From positions 6,138,001 through 6,202,000 of the forward strand of contig CM059453.1 in NCBI GenBank assembly GCA_030390025.1: 64,000 nt of DNA, written 5' to 3'. Numbering within the stretch: position 1 is the first letter of the stretch; every line of letters starts with the position of its first letter. Under the pieces are notes generated by a model. The model saw nothing but the letters and a program-made list of their open reading frames with translations. It did not search any database and had not been told where the DNA came from. Shown here piece by piece: positions 1 to 11,860 of this stretch. This DNA is from Squalus acanthias (taxonomy: Eukaryota). Both the position numbers and the translations under genes were made by a program.

Positions 1-421
1 TCTCCACGATTCTGCTCTATTTACCAGGTAACTTCTGCTTGTATTTCACTGAGTAAAACTGGAACGGAGTAGATTTGAAAATCGCATTTCTCTTTGGTAT
101 CTGTTTGTTTCTTGCATTATATATTACTCATCTGCGGTAGTGATTCGGTCTTACGGCAATAGTGTAAAATGCGCGACATCAGCGTGGCGTGCTGTTAAAA
201 GCCTGTCTAGATTTCCTTTGACATTGCCTTGAATAGAAATCTAAATTTAATCATCAGAAATTAGTGGCTAGCGTGCCTGGAATTTCCCAATGTGTACATC
301 CAGCAGTAAATGCTCCGACACGATAACGTGTGTTCTGAAAATGCATCCCCGGATGACCTAAGCAGTGCCCAAATTGATGGTCTTTACAAAAAAAGTAATC
401 TTGTGATACGGGGGTTGCTGG

Positions 422-1032
422 TGTAAGTTCTAAATGATCTCTTAGAGTTCTTGGACAAGACACAAATAGACAGCAGTCAGTATCTTTGAGCAATAGATCA
501 AGATTTATTAAGCTTACTGCCTTATATACTTAACAACAGGCGATAGTTTAACGAGTAGCTCGCAGCCCATGGTCTCTGGAACCCCTTGAACACTGGTGAC
601 GTCGTCTTCCATCTGTTCCTTTAACTTCGCAGTAGATCTGTGTAAAGTTGTTCTTTGAGTATCGAGGATTTAACCCTTTTCTTATCAAAAGTTCGTTTGG
701 CCAGTGTCCATATGTGGGCTTTAACAAATTCACCTTTAATAATTGGTTCTAATGGCCAAAATACCATTGTCACTCAGACGACGGGTAGTATCTTGGCCCC
801 GACTTTAAAGTGTTTTTCCGACAACTCTGCCATGTTCATCGTTATCTTGTTTGTACGTTCTTCACGTCATTCGAGTTCACCTTATCTCTCTTATTTCTAG
901 CTTCCCTGGTACAACCAGTACAAGGCCTCGTTAGCTGCGTAAGCTGCGTGCAGCCTGTTATCAGAACTAGTCAAGATTGTTTCTGACTGTCCTTGCGGTA
1001 ATATTTTGATCAAGCCTGAGCATTTTAGTTAC
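422..1032 (-). mobile_element. Probable solo LTR (ERV/Gypsy-type)
   Basis: The minus strand has TATATAAG, then AATAAA, and ends ...CTTACA at 422. The other end (GTTACC, ~1032) looks like a mutated TGTAAC. The flanks CTGG/CAGG form an imperfect TSD. No credible ORF. Confidence 0.45.
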
Positions 1033-1134
1033 CCAGGGAATTATGGGTAAGATTAGTTGGTCCAATGGCTGCAATTAAATATTTAAATTATGATTCTCAA
1101 CTACTCAGGACCTCTAAATACTAGTCTTTCGTAA

Positions 1135-1402
1135 ACTGGTAAGACTGGCAGACTTTCCCTTGTTGCCCTTGGTAAGGTGGCGGTGGGCCTTCTTCTTAAA
1201 CATCTGCAATCCAGGTGGCGATAGTTCTCCCACCCTGCTGTTAGCCAGGAATTCTTGGATTTTGACAAGAGGCCATAAAAGACGCAATAAATTTTCAAGT
1301 CAGGATGGTGTGTGTCGCAGAGAAATTTGAAGGTGATAGTGTTCCCATGCACCTCTTAAACTTTTCCTTCTAGGTGCTGGGCCTCGGGTTTGAGAGGAGC
1401 TG
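1135..1402 (-). mobile_element. Degenerate 3' fragment of the same LINE family as 7178-7517
   Basis: Shares 'gcccttg..aaggtgg', 'gtcaggatggtgtgtg' and 'gtgttcccatgc..cttctaggt..cgggtttg.gagg' with 7240-7490. Confidence 0.6.
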
Positions 1403-1637
1403 TAGTAATATATTATATGTCAGAATATTATAGAATATCATATTCAAACGAGGGAAATATGTATAATATCATATGATTGTATACAAGGTACTAACTGATA
1501 CGATTTTATATTTAGCGTTATTTTTGAATATACATGAAGTTGCTCCCACAATAGAAACTCTTACCGATTTTACTAGATCTGATTTGATGTTCCTTGCAAC
1601 ATACTTAAATCTGCTAATATTATTTTCTGATATTTAG

Positions 1638-1731
1638 AAAGATGGTTTGGGGAATTGGCTGTCGGAATCGGAGCAGCAGTCGTGATTTCCATTGTTCTGA
1701 TTGTTATCTTTGTGGCCAGGAAGTTCATGAA
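1638..1731 (+). CDS. Siglec-like gene A, transmembrane exon (RWFGELAVGIGAAVVISIVLIVIFVARKFM)
   Basis: tttag/ acceptor and /gtaagt donor, phase 1->2, uninterrupted hydrophobic stretch followed by RK. Same phase pattern as the TM exon of gene B. Confidence 0.85.
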
Positions 1732-2329
1732 GTAAGTGTTGTTTCGCGATTATAATTACTGTTATACTTAACCCGTAAAATCTAACACGCTGCCTGTTAG
1801 CTTGATTCAGTTGCAGCAACTCTGGTTTAAATGGACAACAGCAGATCGAATTTCTCAAATTAATATTATCTCCAGCACCTGTAAATTAATGTATTACATA
1901 TTAACTGAATGAAAGTAGTTTGCTCACATAATAATCCTTACTCTAAGGCATTACATTCAGATTGTCACCGAACGAACGGTTAGGAGCAAATTTTGATGGA
2001 ATAGTGCATTCGGTATATGACCTGCCCGACTAACCGGAAACGGAAGTGGAAGCAAAGTCTACAATAACTTTTTAAAAGGAAAGTGGATTAAAATTTAGCA
2101 GAATAAAGTGAAAGGAAACGGATAAAAAATGAATAGGATTTGAAGTAATTAAATAGTTCTTTCAGAGGGCTTGTATAGGCACGACAGAGATGCCTGCTCC
2201 TTCTGTGTTGCTAAATGTCATGATCCCATGATCCCATGATTCCCACGGTCGGTCAATCCCTCCTACATTAGGACCAGCGATGCAATAATTGCTAAGACAC
2301 AATGTGGAACACTGACCACGTCCCATTCC

Positions 2330-2495
2330 TCTCAGTGTGCTATGTTCAGTTAGTGGATTCAAGCCCAACTTCAGGATTTAAATATATAATTTAGTCTGAA
2401 CATTCACTGCCCTACTGAGAGGTTGTTGAATTTTCAAAGATGCCATCTTTCACTTGATAAGTGAAACCTACATCTGCTTGTTCAAATTGAGGCTA
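2330..2495 (+). mobile_element. Degenerate Deu-domain-like SINE fragment
   Basis: 'ggattcaagcccaacttcagga..tctgaacattcactg..tactgagagg..tgccatcttt' is the reverse complement of the SINE pieces at 44850 and 61730. Confidence 0.45.
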
Positions 2496-3274
2496 CAACT
2501 GCAATAAGGAAAGGTAGGGTTGGTATTCTGAGAGGATGAGAGCAGTAGCACTTGATGTGCACTGCAAAAACATATCATCAATCCTTATCTGGTTCCTTTC
2601 CATTTTATTGATGAACGTGATCTTAGCAGTCAATCCCCTAAAAGCAAAATTCTACTTTAGTGAGTCATTTCTTAAACAAAGCAGGACATTACTTTATGAT
2701 AGAACGTATCATACGGCAGATATTACCCTCTTTGACTTCTCTGCAATGCGTGCTATTGGTTGATTGCTTATTCAGCCCTACAGCTGAGAACGAACCGGCG
2801 GCCACAGTCGTGTTTCAGTCAATGGCCGGAAAGTGACCCCGTGTAAATATTAGCGCAAGAAGGTTTATAACGTTGGCTTGAAATGTCTTCCTCCTTTTTG
2901 TTGTGTTGATGTCAAGTGAGTTACAATAGCAGGGGGTTATCTATAAAGCGGTCTTGGGCGGCACGTCACAAAAGGGTGAGAGCGAATAGGCACCCTTATA
3001 TGGAAAAAAAAACGATCGGCGTGCAAACGTGCTCCAATTCACTATCGCTCGTTTTCCGTCAATACCACGATGAATTTATACCCCAGTGTAATCATAGTGG
3101 GTAGATTTAACACGGTTCTCATTTACGACGATTTTGGAAATGGGCAGATTTAAATTCCACTGCTAATAGTGACCACAGGAATTCAGTCTTCCACTTGTGT
3201 TTGTTTTTTAAATATTGCAATCATTACATTTTGAAGGCGTGTTATTCTGTAGCCAAGCAGATGAATTTGGGGTC

Positions 3275-3548
3275 AACCTTTTAAGATCGACATGAGGAGG
3301 AATTTCTTCACTCAGAGGGTTTTGAAACTTTGGAATTATCTACCTCAGGGGGCTGTGGATGCTCAGTCGTTGATTATATTCAAGATTGGGATAGATAGAT
3401 TTTTGGACTCTACGGGAATCAAGGAATATGGGGATCGGGCGGGAAAGTGGCGTTGAGGTCGTGCGTCAGCCATGATTTAATTAAATGGCGGAGCAGGCTC
3501 GAGAGGACGTGTGGCCAACTCCTGCTCCAAATTTTTACGTTATTATGA
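3275..3548 (+). mobile_element. CR1 LINE 3' end
   Basis: 'atgaggaggaatttcttcactcagaggg...tggcggagcaggctcg...ctcctgctcc', the same as the 3' end of the 41287-43958 element. Confidence 0.85.
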
Positions 3549-3602
3549 ATTCTTGACATTTAAATTCGTGTGATTTTATTTAACTTAGTTTTTTTTTCTC
3601 AG

Positions 3603-3648
3603 CAGAAAACGAAAGAAATTCTCTCTACGATATTGGCGTGCCGAGAAG
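3603..3648 (+). CDS. Siglec-like gene A, probable juxtamembrane cytoplasmic exon (RKRKKFSLRYWRAEK)
   Basis: Polypyrimidine tract + ctcag/, /gtaat donor. Phase 2->0 joins the TM exon to the terminal exon in frame, and it starts with a basic cluster. Confidence 0.55.
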
Positions 3649-3715
3649 GTAATAGCTGACTGGAGCGCCATTCAATACAAACAGGTGTCATTTCTGAGTC
3701 CGCCTGAAAAATATT

Positions 3716-4327
3716 CGCCCTGAATTTCCGATCGGAGGCCTCCTGCGGGCGGACACCTTCGATCGGAAAAAAATCTACGAACTTACCTGCTGGTTCCGTA
3801 GATCCCGAGGCTTGCGATCCTGTGACTCTCGTCTTCGAAATGCGCAAGCGGCCCTGGGATCACGTGGGCCAGGCGAACCACTCAAAGATGGAAATTCCCC
3901 TTCATACTTTTGACAGGTCCGAACGCACAGAACTGTCAAAAGTATGAATGGCGATCACATTTAAAAACACACTAAAACAGTACATATTTTTAATTACATA
4001 TTCAACATTAAATAAAATTGCATTTAATTAAATATTTTAAACAAAATTTTAATTTTTTGAAAAAAATAATTCAATGATTTTACGGGGCTAAAAATAAACT
4101 TACCATTCTCAAGTGTATTTTTACTTCATAAATTAGTGATCAAATTTTATTTTTCTATTTGTTAAAACACTTATGCTGGTAAAAGCTGGCCTTCCGAGAA
4201 TTCTTGACAGATCGCAAGCGCTGGGATTCAGCGCATGCGCTTCGCATTCCTGAAACCGGCTCTTGCGCGGCGCCTGAGGGCACTTTCGCACTTCATACAC
4301 ACCCGTGGGGGTCGGAAATTCCGGCCC
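3716..4327. mobile_element. MITE (PIF/Harbinger-like), family A
   Basis: Imperfect TIRs (GCCCTGAATTTCCG...CGGAAATTCCGGCCC), AT-rich core, GGGATCACGTGGGCC motif. Inverted relative at 39118-40584. Confidence 0.75.
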
Positions 4328-5143
4328 AATACATTTATCTAGCGCCTTTCAATTCTTCAGGATGTTCCCAAGTGCTGTGTGACCAATGGATTCATTACAA
4401 TGTCCTAATTGCCTCGCTGGTTTATATCAGAAATAACACATGTGTTCTGAGCGTAAAATCTGCGCCTGGTGTAAGGTGATCGCAATCTTCAATCTCAGGT
4501 CTGTGCCAGGCTGACAGTGGCCTCTAAGTATAGCCTCGACGCTATTGGAAAAATGGCAACATCATTCCAATCCCTGATCACTGTAGAGTGAGTCGTTCCC
4601 GGATGGGCAACGTGCCCAGGTCATGGGCGGTATAGCAGAGGATCAGGCGCAACTGTGAGCACGTATCCCACTGGCAACCAATGTGCGCACGCGTTAACAA
4701 TGTCCACTAGATTACAAAGAACAACTGAGATAACTAGAGCTGTGTGCTAGCCACGGTCGAAATTCACCGCGGGCGATAGCGTAAAAGGAGCGATATTGCA
4801 TCGCTCGCCAGTTTTACGCCCCGTGCAATATTGAGTTCCATTGTTGTCAATGGAATTTAATATCATGTGCGCTTTATTACAGGCGTTCGATTCAGTACCG
4901 CCCATTTTGCGCCAGCGGCCAATACAAATTTCGACACCAACTTGTTCTGAACAAGAAGGATGCATTGGGAAGGAACACGAACAGTCACTTTAGTGGCAAA
5001 TGGCAATAGAGCTGTTGTGTGCTGACTGTGCATCACCGGATAAATTACAGTTGGAACAACGCGCCACCTAATGGCCGCATCCCGAAGCTACACCTGCTTT
5101 AGATACGGCCACAATAACTATATATACATGTCGCTAACGCATT

Positions 5144-5800
5144 GGCCTAGAATTTGCGGTAGGAGGAGTACCTCCAGAGCACGCCACCGACCCGCGAAAA
5201 AAATTGAAAGTGCCTCCTGGCGCCCATGCTGCGAAGAGTTGTGGTCTCAGACCTCCAGGGGGAAGGCAGCGTAATGGCTCATGGAGGCACGGGGTTCGGA
5301 AGCATACCTGGGATCACCGGGCCCAGTCCTCCTTTGACAAACGAGAAATCCATTTAAATCATTTAAGAAGGGAATCCGCTATTGACATTCAAATGAATCC
5401 CTAAATCTAATAATTAAATAATGTAGAAAATTACAATTTTATTCATAAGTTCCTTCATTGCGCCAACCTCAATAAAAGTGTAATTTGTATTATAATTTTA
5501 ATCATTAAGACTGAAATCCGGGCCAATATTTGCCTATGCTCATTCAATAAAGTGTACGAGCATAATTTAGGCTATAAAATGTTTAATTTTACGCTTATAT
5601 ATCCACTTACGCTGATGTAAGCAGGCCCTACGCTTGCTTGCATCAACCGTAAGGATTAAGTGGGCAACTGCTGGCCAGTCCCTAGGCAAATAGACCAACT
5701 CTGCACCAGCGATTGCTTTTGCTGAGCCACGTAAATGGCCTGTCAATGCCTACGCTGCAAGTTCCGGATTTCACTCCTGCGCATTCAAAGGCATTACGAT
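5144..5800. mobile_element. Truncated Harbinger-like MITE
   Basis: Starts GGCCTAGAATTTGCGG like 29612, has the GGGATCACCGGGCCC motif and an AT-rich core. Right end unclear. Confidence 0.55.
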
Positions 5801-5986
5801 GGTATACTCTGAGTGTGAAAAGGTAAGAGTAACCAGAGCGAGTCCTTCCCTGCTCTCCCCCCTTCCTAGTATGTGTATCCCAACACTGAATATGATTAAA
5901 TCGAAGCAGATTTATGCAGCACGTGTTCTTTGTGTATCTGTAACAAGTGTTGTTTTTAGTCGTGCCACGGATTCTTTCTGTTGCAG

Positions 5987-6148
5987 ACGGAATTTCCAGA
6001 CAGTGACGGCGGAGGAGTGATATCCAACTCGACGGAGCAGAACGACGAAATTACTTACGCCAATGTGCAATTTGCAACTATTCCTCAAGATCACCAATAT
6101 GTGCATCGCAAAGAGAGGAGCGAATTTGCAAATATTGCATTCACCTGA
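5987..6148 (+). CDS. Siglec-like gene A, terminal exon (TEFPDSDGGGVISNSTEQNDEITYANVQFATIPQDHQYVHRKERSEFANIAFT*) with ITIM ITYANV
   Basis: ttgcag/ acceptor, open to TGA. It has an ITIM and a distal SEFANI motif homologous to SEYAAI and CEYATI in the paralogs. Confidence 0.85.
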   Translation, partial: TEFPDSDGGGVISNSTEQNDEITYANVQFATIPQDHQYVHRKERSEFANIAFT

Positions 6149-7177
6149 AAAGCACCAGAACTTGTAGAGGACGCCTTGCCTGAATCCTAACATTTCACTT
6201 TAAAAACCTGGAGACACGACGCGTTTTTACAATCAGGTCTTTGGAGACGCTCGCTGTTCTTGCTTGCCGTATTTGCCCCAATATTCTCCACTTCCAACTT
6301 GCACGCTAGCTGGGCTCCGATTCCTAAAATCTCTTCCATAAGCTGCTCTCTTGCAGCTGGCTCCCTTCACCATGCGATATGTCGCGAGTCTTTTCCTGTC
6401 CTCACTAAATATCAAAAAGGCTACTTGCAGTAGGGTTCACTGAACAGCGATAAAAAAAAAACAATGGATAAATTGCCTATCTCTAACCCAGGGCTCAGAG
6501 TGCATTTGGACTCCTTCAGAGAGATTCATCAATGAGCAAATTGATTATTTTCGGAGCTGCATTGCTCAACTGCATTGCTTAAAGCCATTGAGAGCAATTG
6601 TGCGATGCAACCCACTGCCACCCCCGGGTAATCTAAAGCTGATTTATTACCTAAGGAGGAAGCGTCCGCGGACGAAGGAATGGGTAGGAACGGGAAACCG
6701 TGCACTGTGGTCTCCATAATGCTACATTTCCGAGTGTCCAACCGATAGATACAGTGTAAGGGAAATCTGACGGACACTTCACAGCCTTCTCATTGGATTA
6801 GACATGTGAAACACGCTGTACACTGATGGAAGATCTGGACAATTGGTTGCAGTGCAGACCAATATTTCGGCCTCTGAGCACAATAAAATTCAAGCTACTG
6901 CCTTGGTCTTGACTATTGCCTGTAATTGAATCACTCTCAGCTGCTTCCAACCATATAGACAAAGTATTAATAGACTATTAATCAGCAGAGCCAACCGGAT
7001 TATTAAAGCGCTTTCGCTGTAAGGATGATTAATAAACATTTTTGGGGCAATTTTGCAGCTCCACATAGTAGTTATGTTACTGGAGTGATAATCCTGAGTC
7101 GTGGTATAATGGTCCGGAGATATGAGGTGAAATCCCAACACGGCAGCTGGAGAATTTAAATTGAGGTAATAATTTTT

Positions 7178-7517
7178 TGTTCGTTTATGGGATGTGGGCA
7201 TCGCTGGCAAGGCCATTATTTATTGCCCAACCCTGATTGCCCTTGAGCAAGTGGTGGTTTGCCGCCTTCATCAACCTCTGCAGTCCGTGTGGTGAAGCTA
7301 CTCCCACAGTGCTGTTCCGGAGGGAGTACCAGGATTTTAAACCAGCGACAATGATGTAATCGCGATGTACTTCCAAGATAGGATGTTGTGTGACTTGGAG
7401 GGGAACTTGGAGGTGGTGGTGTTCCCATGCGTCTGCTGCCTTTGTCCTTCTATGTGGAAGAGGTCGCGGGTTTGGGAGGTGCTGCCGAAGAAGCCTTGGC
7501 GTGTTGCTGCAGTGCAC
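7178..7517 (-). mobile_element. Non-LTR retrotransposon (CR1/L2 group) ORF2 C-terminus + 3'UTR
   Basis: ORF HCSNTPRLLRQHLPNPRPL...KSWYSL...HHLLKGN followed by the tail GGGCAATAAAT..GGCCTTGCCAGCGATGCCCACATCCCA. Confidence 0.8.
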
Positions 7518-10500
7518 TTTGGTTAACCATTTGTTCCATTGACATTTGGTTAACCGTTTGTCCCATTGACACTTTGGTTACCCATTTGTCTCTTTGACTT
7601 TTCAGTTAATGAGTTCCCACTTTTGATACTTTGGTTAATCATTTGTCCCTTTGACATTTGGTTAACCATTTGTCCCATTGACACTATGGTTAACCATTTG
7701 TCCCTTTGACATTTCAGTTAACGAGTTCCCACTTTTGAGACTTTGGTTGACCATTTGTCCCTTTGACATTTGGTTAACCATTTGTCCCTTTGACATTTCA
7801 GTTAATGAGTTCCCACATTTGAGACTTTTGTTATCCATTTGCCCCATTGAAACTTGGGTTTACCATTTGTCCCTTTGACTTTTCAGTTAATGAGTTCCCA
7901 CTTTTGAGACTTTGGTTAAACATTTGTCCCTTTGACATTTGGTTAACCATTTGTGCCTTGGACATTTCAGTTTATGAGTTCCCACTTTTGACACTTTGGT
8001 TATCCATTTGTTCCTTCGATATTTGGTTAACCATTTGCCCCTTTGACATTTCATTTACTGCGTTCCCACTTTTGACTCTTTGGTTTACCATTTGTCCCTT
8101 TGACATTTCAGTTAATGAGTTCCCACTTTTGGGACTTTGATTAACCATTTATCCCTTTGACATTTGGTTAACCATTTGTCCCATTGACATTTGGTTCACC
8201 ATTTGTCCCTTTTCATTTCAAATACTGATTTCCCACTTTTGATACTTTGGTTATTCATTTGTCCCTTTGACATTTGGTTAATCATTTGTCCATTTACACT
8301 ATTCAGTTAATGATTTCCCACTTTTGAAAATTTGGTTAATCATTTGTCCCTTTCCCTTTTCAGTTATTGAGTTCCCACTTTTTGGACTTTGGTTACCATT
8401 TATCCCTTTGATATTTGGTTAACCATTTGTCCCATTGAAATTTCAGTTACTGAGTTCCCACTTTTGGGACTTTGGTTTGTCATTTGTCCCTTTGACATTT
8501 GGTTAATCATTCGTCCCTTTTCATTTCAGTTAATGAGCTCCCGCTTTGAGACTTTGGTTAGTCATTTGTCCCTTTGAAATTTGATTAACCATTTGTCCCA
8601 TTGACACTTTGGTTCATCATTTGTCCTTTTGAAATTTCAGTTAATGAGTTCCCACTTTTGAGACTTTGGTTAGTCATTTGTTCCTTTGACATTTAGTTAA
8701 CCATTTGTCCGTTTGACATTTCAGTTACTGAGTTCCCACTTTTGACTCTTTGGTTATTCATTTGTTCCTTCGACTTTTGGTTTACCATTTGTCCCTTGGA
8801 CATTTCGGTTACTGAGTTCCCACCCGGCAACTCGTTAACCAGTGTTCGGAACACTTGCCAGAAAATGCACATGTCTATTTGCCGGGAGCAATTCGCTTCC
8901 CCAAGCGGGAAATCATCACCCGATACCCCGGTAAGGCGGCCGAATCCGACACCTTCGGACCTCCGGAACAACTTTGACCGACCATATCTCCGCACTCCGG
9001 CGTCGGAGCCAAGCGGTTTTGACACCATTAGACGCGGCCTCCCTTGCCCAGTCGAACGCCACCCCGGCCGGCGGGCAGGGAATTTTTTTTAAATTTTCGG
9101 CCGATTTCGGAAAAAGAATTTCCGCCCGGAACTCGGGTCGCCCGGCCTCAATCGGTGCGGTTACGGTGCCTTACGCAAGGGAGGCGAAATTTCGGCCTCT
9201 GCCGGGCGTCAGGCGGCCTTTTTTTAAGCCCGAGCAAAACCCGAAAAACTTGCAAAAATGGTAAAAAATTTCGACCCAAAAAGGATATAGAATGACGTCC
9301 CTTTGACATTTGGTTATCCATTTGTCCCTTTGACATTTCAGTTCATCAGTTCCCACTTTTCAGATTTGGTTAATCATTTGTCCCTTTGACATTTGGTTCC
9401 CCATTTGCCCCTTTGACATTTGGTTAACCATTTGTCACTTATAAATTCTGATGTATCATTTATCACTTTGACATTTTGATTAACCATTTGTCCCATTGAC
9501 ACTTTGGTTTACCATTTGTCCCTTTGACTTTTCAGTTAATGAGTTACCACTTTTGAGAGATTGGTTAAACATTTCTCCCTTTGACATTTGGTTACCCATT
9601 TGTGCCTTGGACATTTCAGTTTATGAGTTCCCACTTTTGACACTTTGGTTATCCATTTGTTCCTTCGACATTTGGTTAACCATTTGTCCCTTTGACACTT
9701 TGGTTAACCATTTGTCCCTTTGACATTTCAGTTACTGCGTTCCCACATTTGACTCTGGTTTACCATTTGTCCCTTTGACATTTCAGTTAATGAGTTCCCA
9801 CTTTTGGGACTTTGGTTAACCATTTATCCCTTTGACATTTGGTTAACCATTTGTCCCATTGACATTTGGTTAACCATTTGTCCCTTTTCATTTCAGTTAC
9901 TGAGTTCCCACTTTTGATACTTTGGTTATTCATTTGTCCCTTTGACATTTGGTTAATCATTTGTCCATTTTCACTATTCAGTTAATGATTTCCCACTTTT
10001 GAAAATTTGGTTAATCATTTGTCCCTTTCCCATTTCAGTTATTGAGTTCCCACTTTTGGGACTTTGGTTACCATTTATCCCTTTGATATTTGGTTAACCA
10101 TTTGTCCCATTGAAATTTCAGTTACTGAGTTCCCACTTTTGGGACTTTGGTTAGTCATTTGTCCCTTTGACATTTGGTTAATCATTCGTCCCTTTTCATT
10201 TCAGTTAATGAGCTCCCACTTTGAGACTTTGGTTAGTCATTTGTCCCTTTGAAATTTGATTAACCATTTGTCCCATTGACACTTTAGTTCACCATTTGTC
10301 CTTTTGAAATTTCAGTTAATGAGTTCCCACTTTTGAGACTTTGGTTAGTCATTTGTTCCTTTGACATTTAGTTAACCATTTGTCCGTTTGACATTTCAGT
10401 TACTGAGTTCCCACTTTTGACACTTTGGTTATTCATTTGTTCCTTCGACTTTTGGTTTACCATTTGTCCCCTGGACATTTCGGTTTCTGAGTTCCCACCC

Positions 10501-11860
10501 GGCAACTCGTTAACCAGTGTTCGGAACACTTGCCAGAAAATGCACATGTCTATTTGCCGGGAGCAATTCGCTTCCCCAAGCGGGAAATCATCACACGATA
10601 CCCCGGGAAGGCGGCCGAATCCGACCCCTTCGGACCTCCGGAACAACTTTGAACGACCATAGCTCCGCACTCCGGCGTCGGAGCCAAGCGGTTTTGACAC
10701 CATTAGACGCGGCCTCCCTTGCCCAGTCGAACGCCACCCCGGCCGGCGGTAGGGCATTTTTTTTAAATTTTCGGCCGATTTCGGAAAAAAATATTCCGCC
10801 CTGAACTCGGGTCGCCCGGCCTCAATCGGTACGGTTACGGTCCCTTACGCAAGGGAGGCGAAATTTCGTCTCTGCCGGGCGTCAGGCGGCCGTTTTTTAA
10901 GCCCGAGCAAAACCCGAAAAACTTGCAAAAATGGTAAAAAATGTCGACCCAAAAAGGATATAGAATGACCTCCCTTTGACATTTGGTTATCCATTTGTCC
11001 CTTTGACATTTCAGTTCATCAGTTCCCACTTTTCAGATTTGGTTACTCATTTGTCCCTTTGACATTTGGTTCCCCATTTGCCCCTTCGACATTTGGTTAA
11101 CCATTTGTCACTTATAAATTCTGATGTATCATTTATCACTTTGAGATTTTGGTTAACCATTTGTCCCATTGACACTTTGGTTTACCATTTGTCCCTTTGA
11201 TTTTTCAGTTAATGAGTTCCCACTTTTGAGACATTGGTTAAACATTTGTCCCTTTGACATTTGGTTACCCATTTGTGCCTTGGACATTTCAGTTTATGGG
11301 TTCCCACTTTTGACACTTTGGTTATCCATTTGTTCCTTCGACATTTGGTTATCCATTTGTCCCTTTGACACTTTGGTTAACCATTTGTCCCTTTGACATT
11401 TCAGTTACTGCGTTCCCACTTTTGACTCTGGTTTACCATTTGTCCCTTTGACATTTCAGTTAATGAGTTCCCACTTTTGGGACTTTGGTTAACGATGTAT
11501 CCCTTTGAGATTTGGTTTACCATTTGTCCCATTGACATTTGGTTAACCATTTGTCCCTTTTCATTTCAGTTACTGAGTTCCCACTTTTCAGATTTGGTTA
11601 ATCATTTGTCCCTTTGACATTTGGTTCCCCATTTGCCCCTTTGACATTTGGTTATCCATTTGTCACTTATAAATTCATTTATCATTTATCACTTTGAGAT
11701 TTTGGTTAACCATTTTTCCATTGACACTTTGGTTTACCATGTGTCCCTTTGACATTTCAGTTAATGTGTTCCCACGTTTGAGACTTTGGTTAACCATTAT
11801 TGCCTTTGACATTTGGTTTACTATTTGTCCCATTGACTTTTGGTTAGCCATTTGTCACTT
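7518..11860. repeat. Satellite array of 27-29 bp units (CCATTTGTCCCTTTGACATTTGGTTAA / TGAGTTCCCACTTTTGAGACTTTGGTTAA) with a ~1.67-kb higher-order repeat; probable rDNA spacer
   Basis: Direct tandem repetition. GC-rich cassettes at ~8820-9295 and ~10496-10970 are 1675 bp apart, and ORF-track duplicates fall at 8389/10064 and 9496/11169. Confidence 0.9.

Noticed and set aside
254-1030. Retroviral pol/RNase H fragment
   Set aside because: No convincing catalytic motifs on manual translation; the TATA/polyA/CA layout fits an LTR better.
4431-4470. Extra cytoplasmic exon of gene A (NNTCVLSVKSAPG)
   Set aside because: Plausible AG/GT and present in the inverted paralog, but the acceptor phase differs there and it is not needed for frame.
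7518-11860. CRISPR-like array or repeat proteins (WLTICPFD...)
   Set aside because: Tandem units without unique spacers, no cas genes, vertebrate context. The ORFs are by-products of the satellite.
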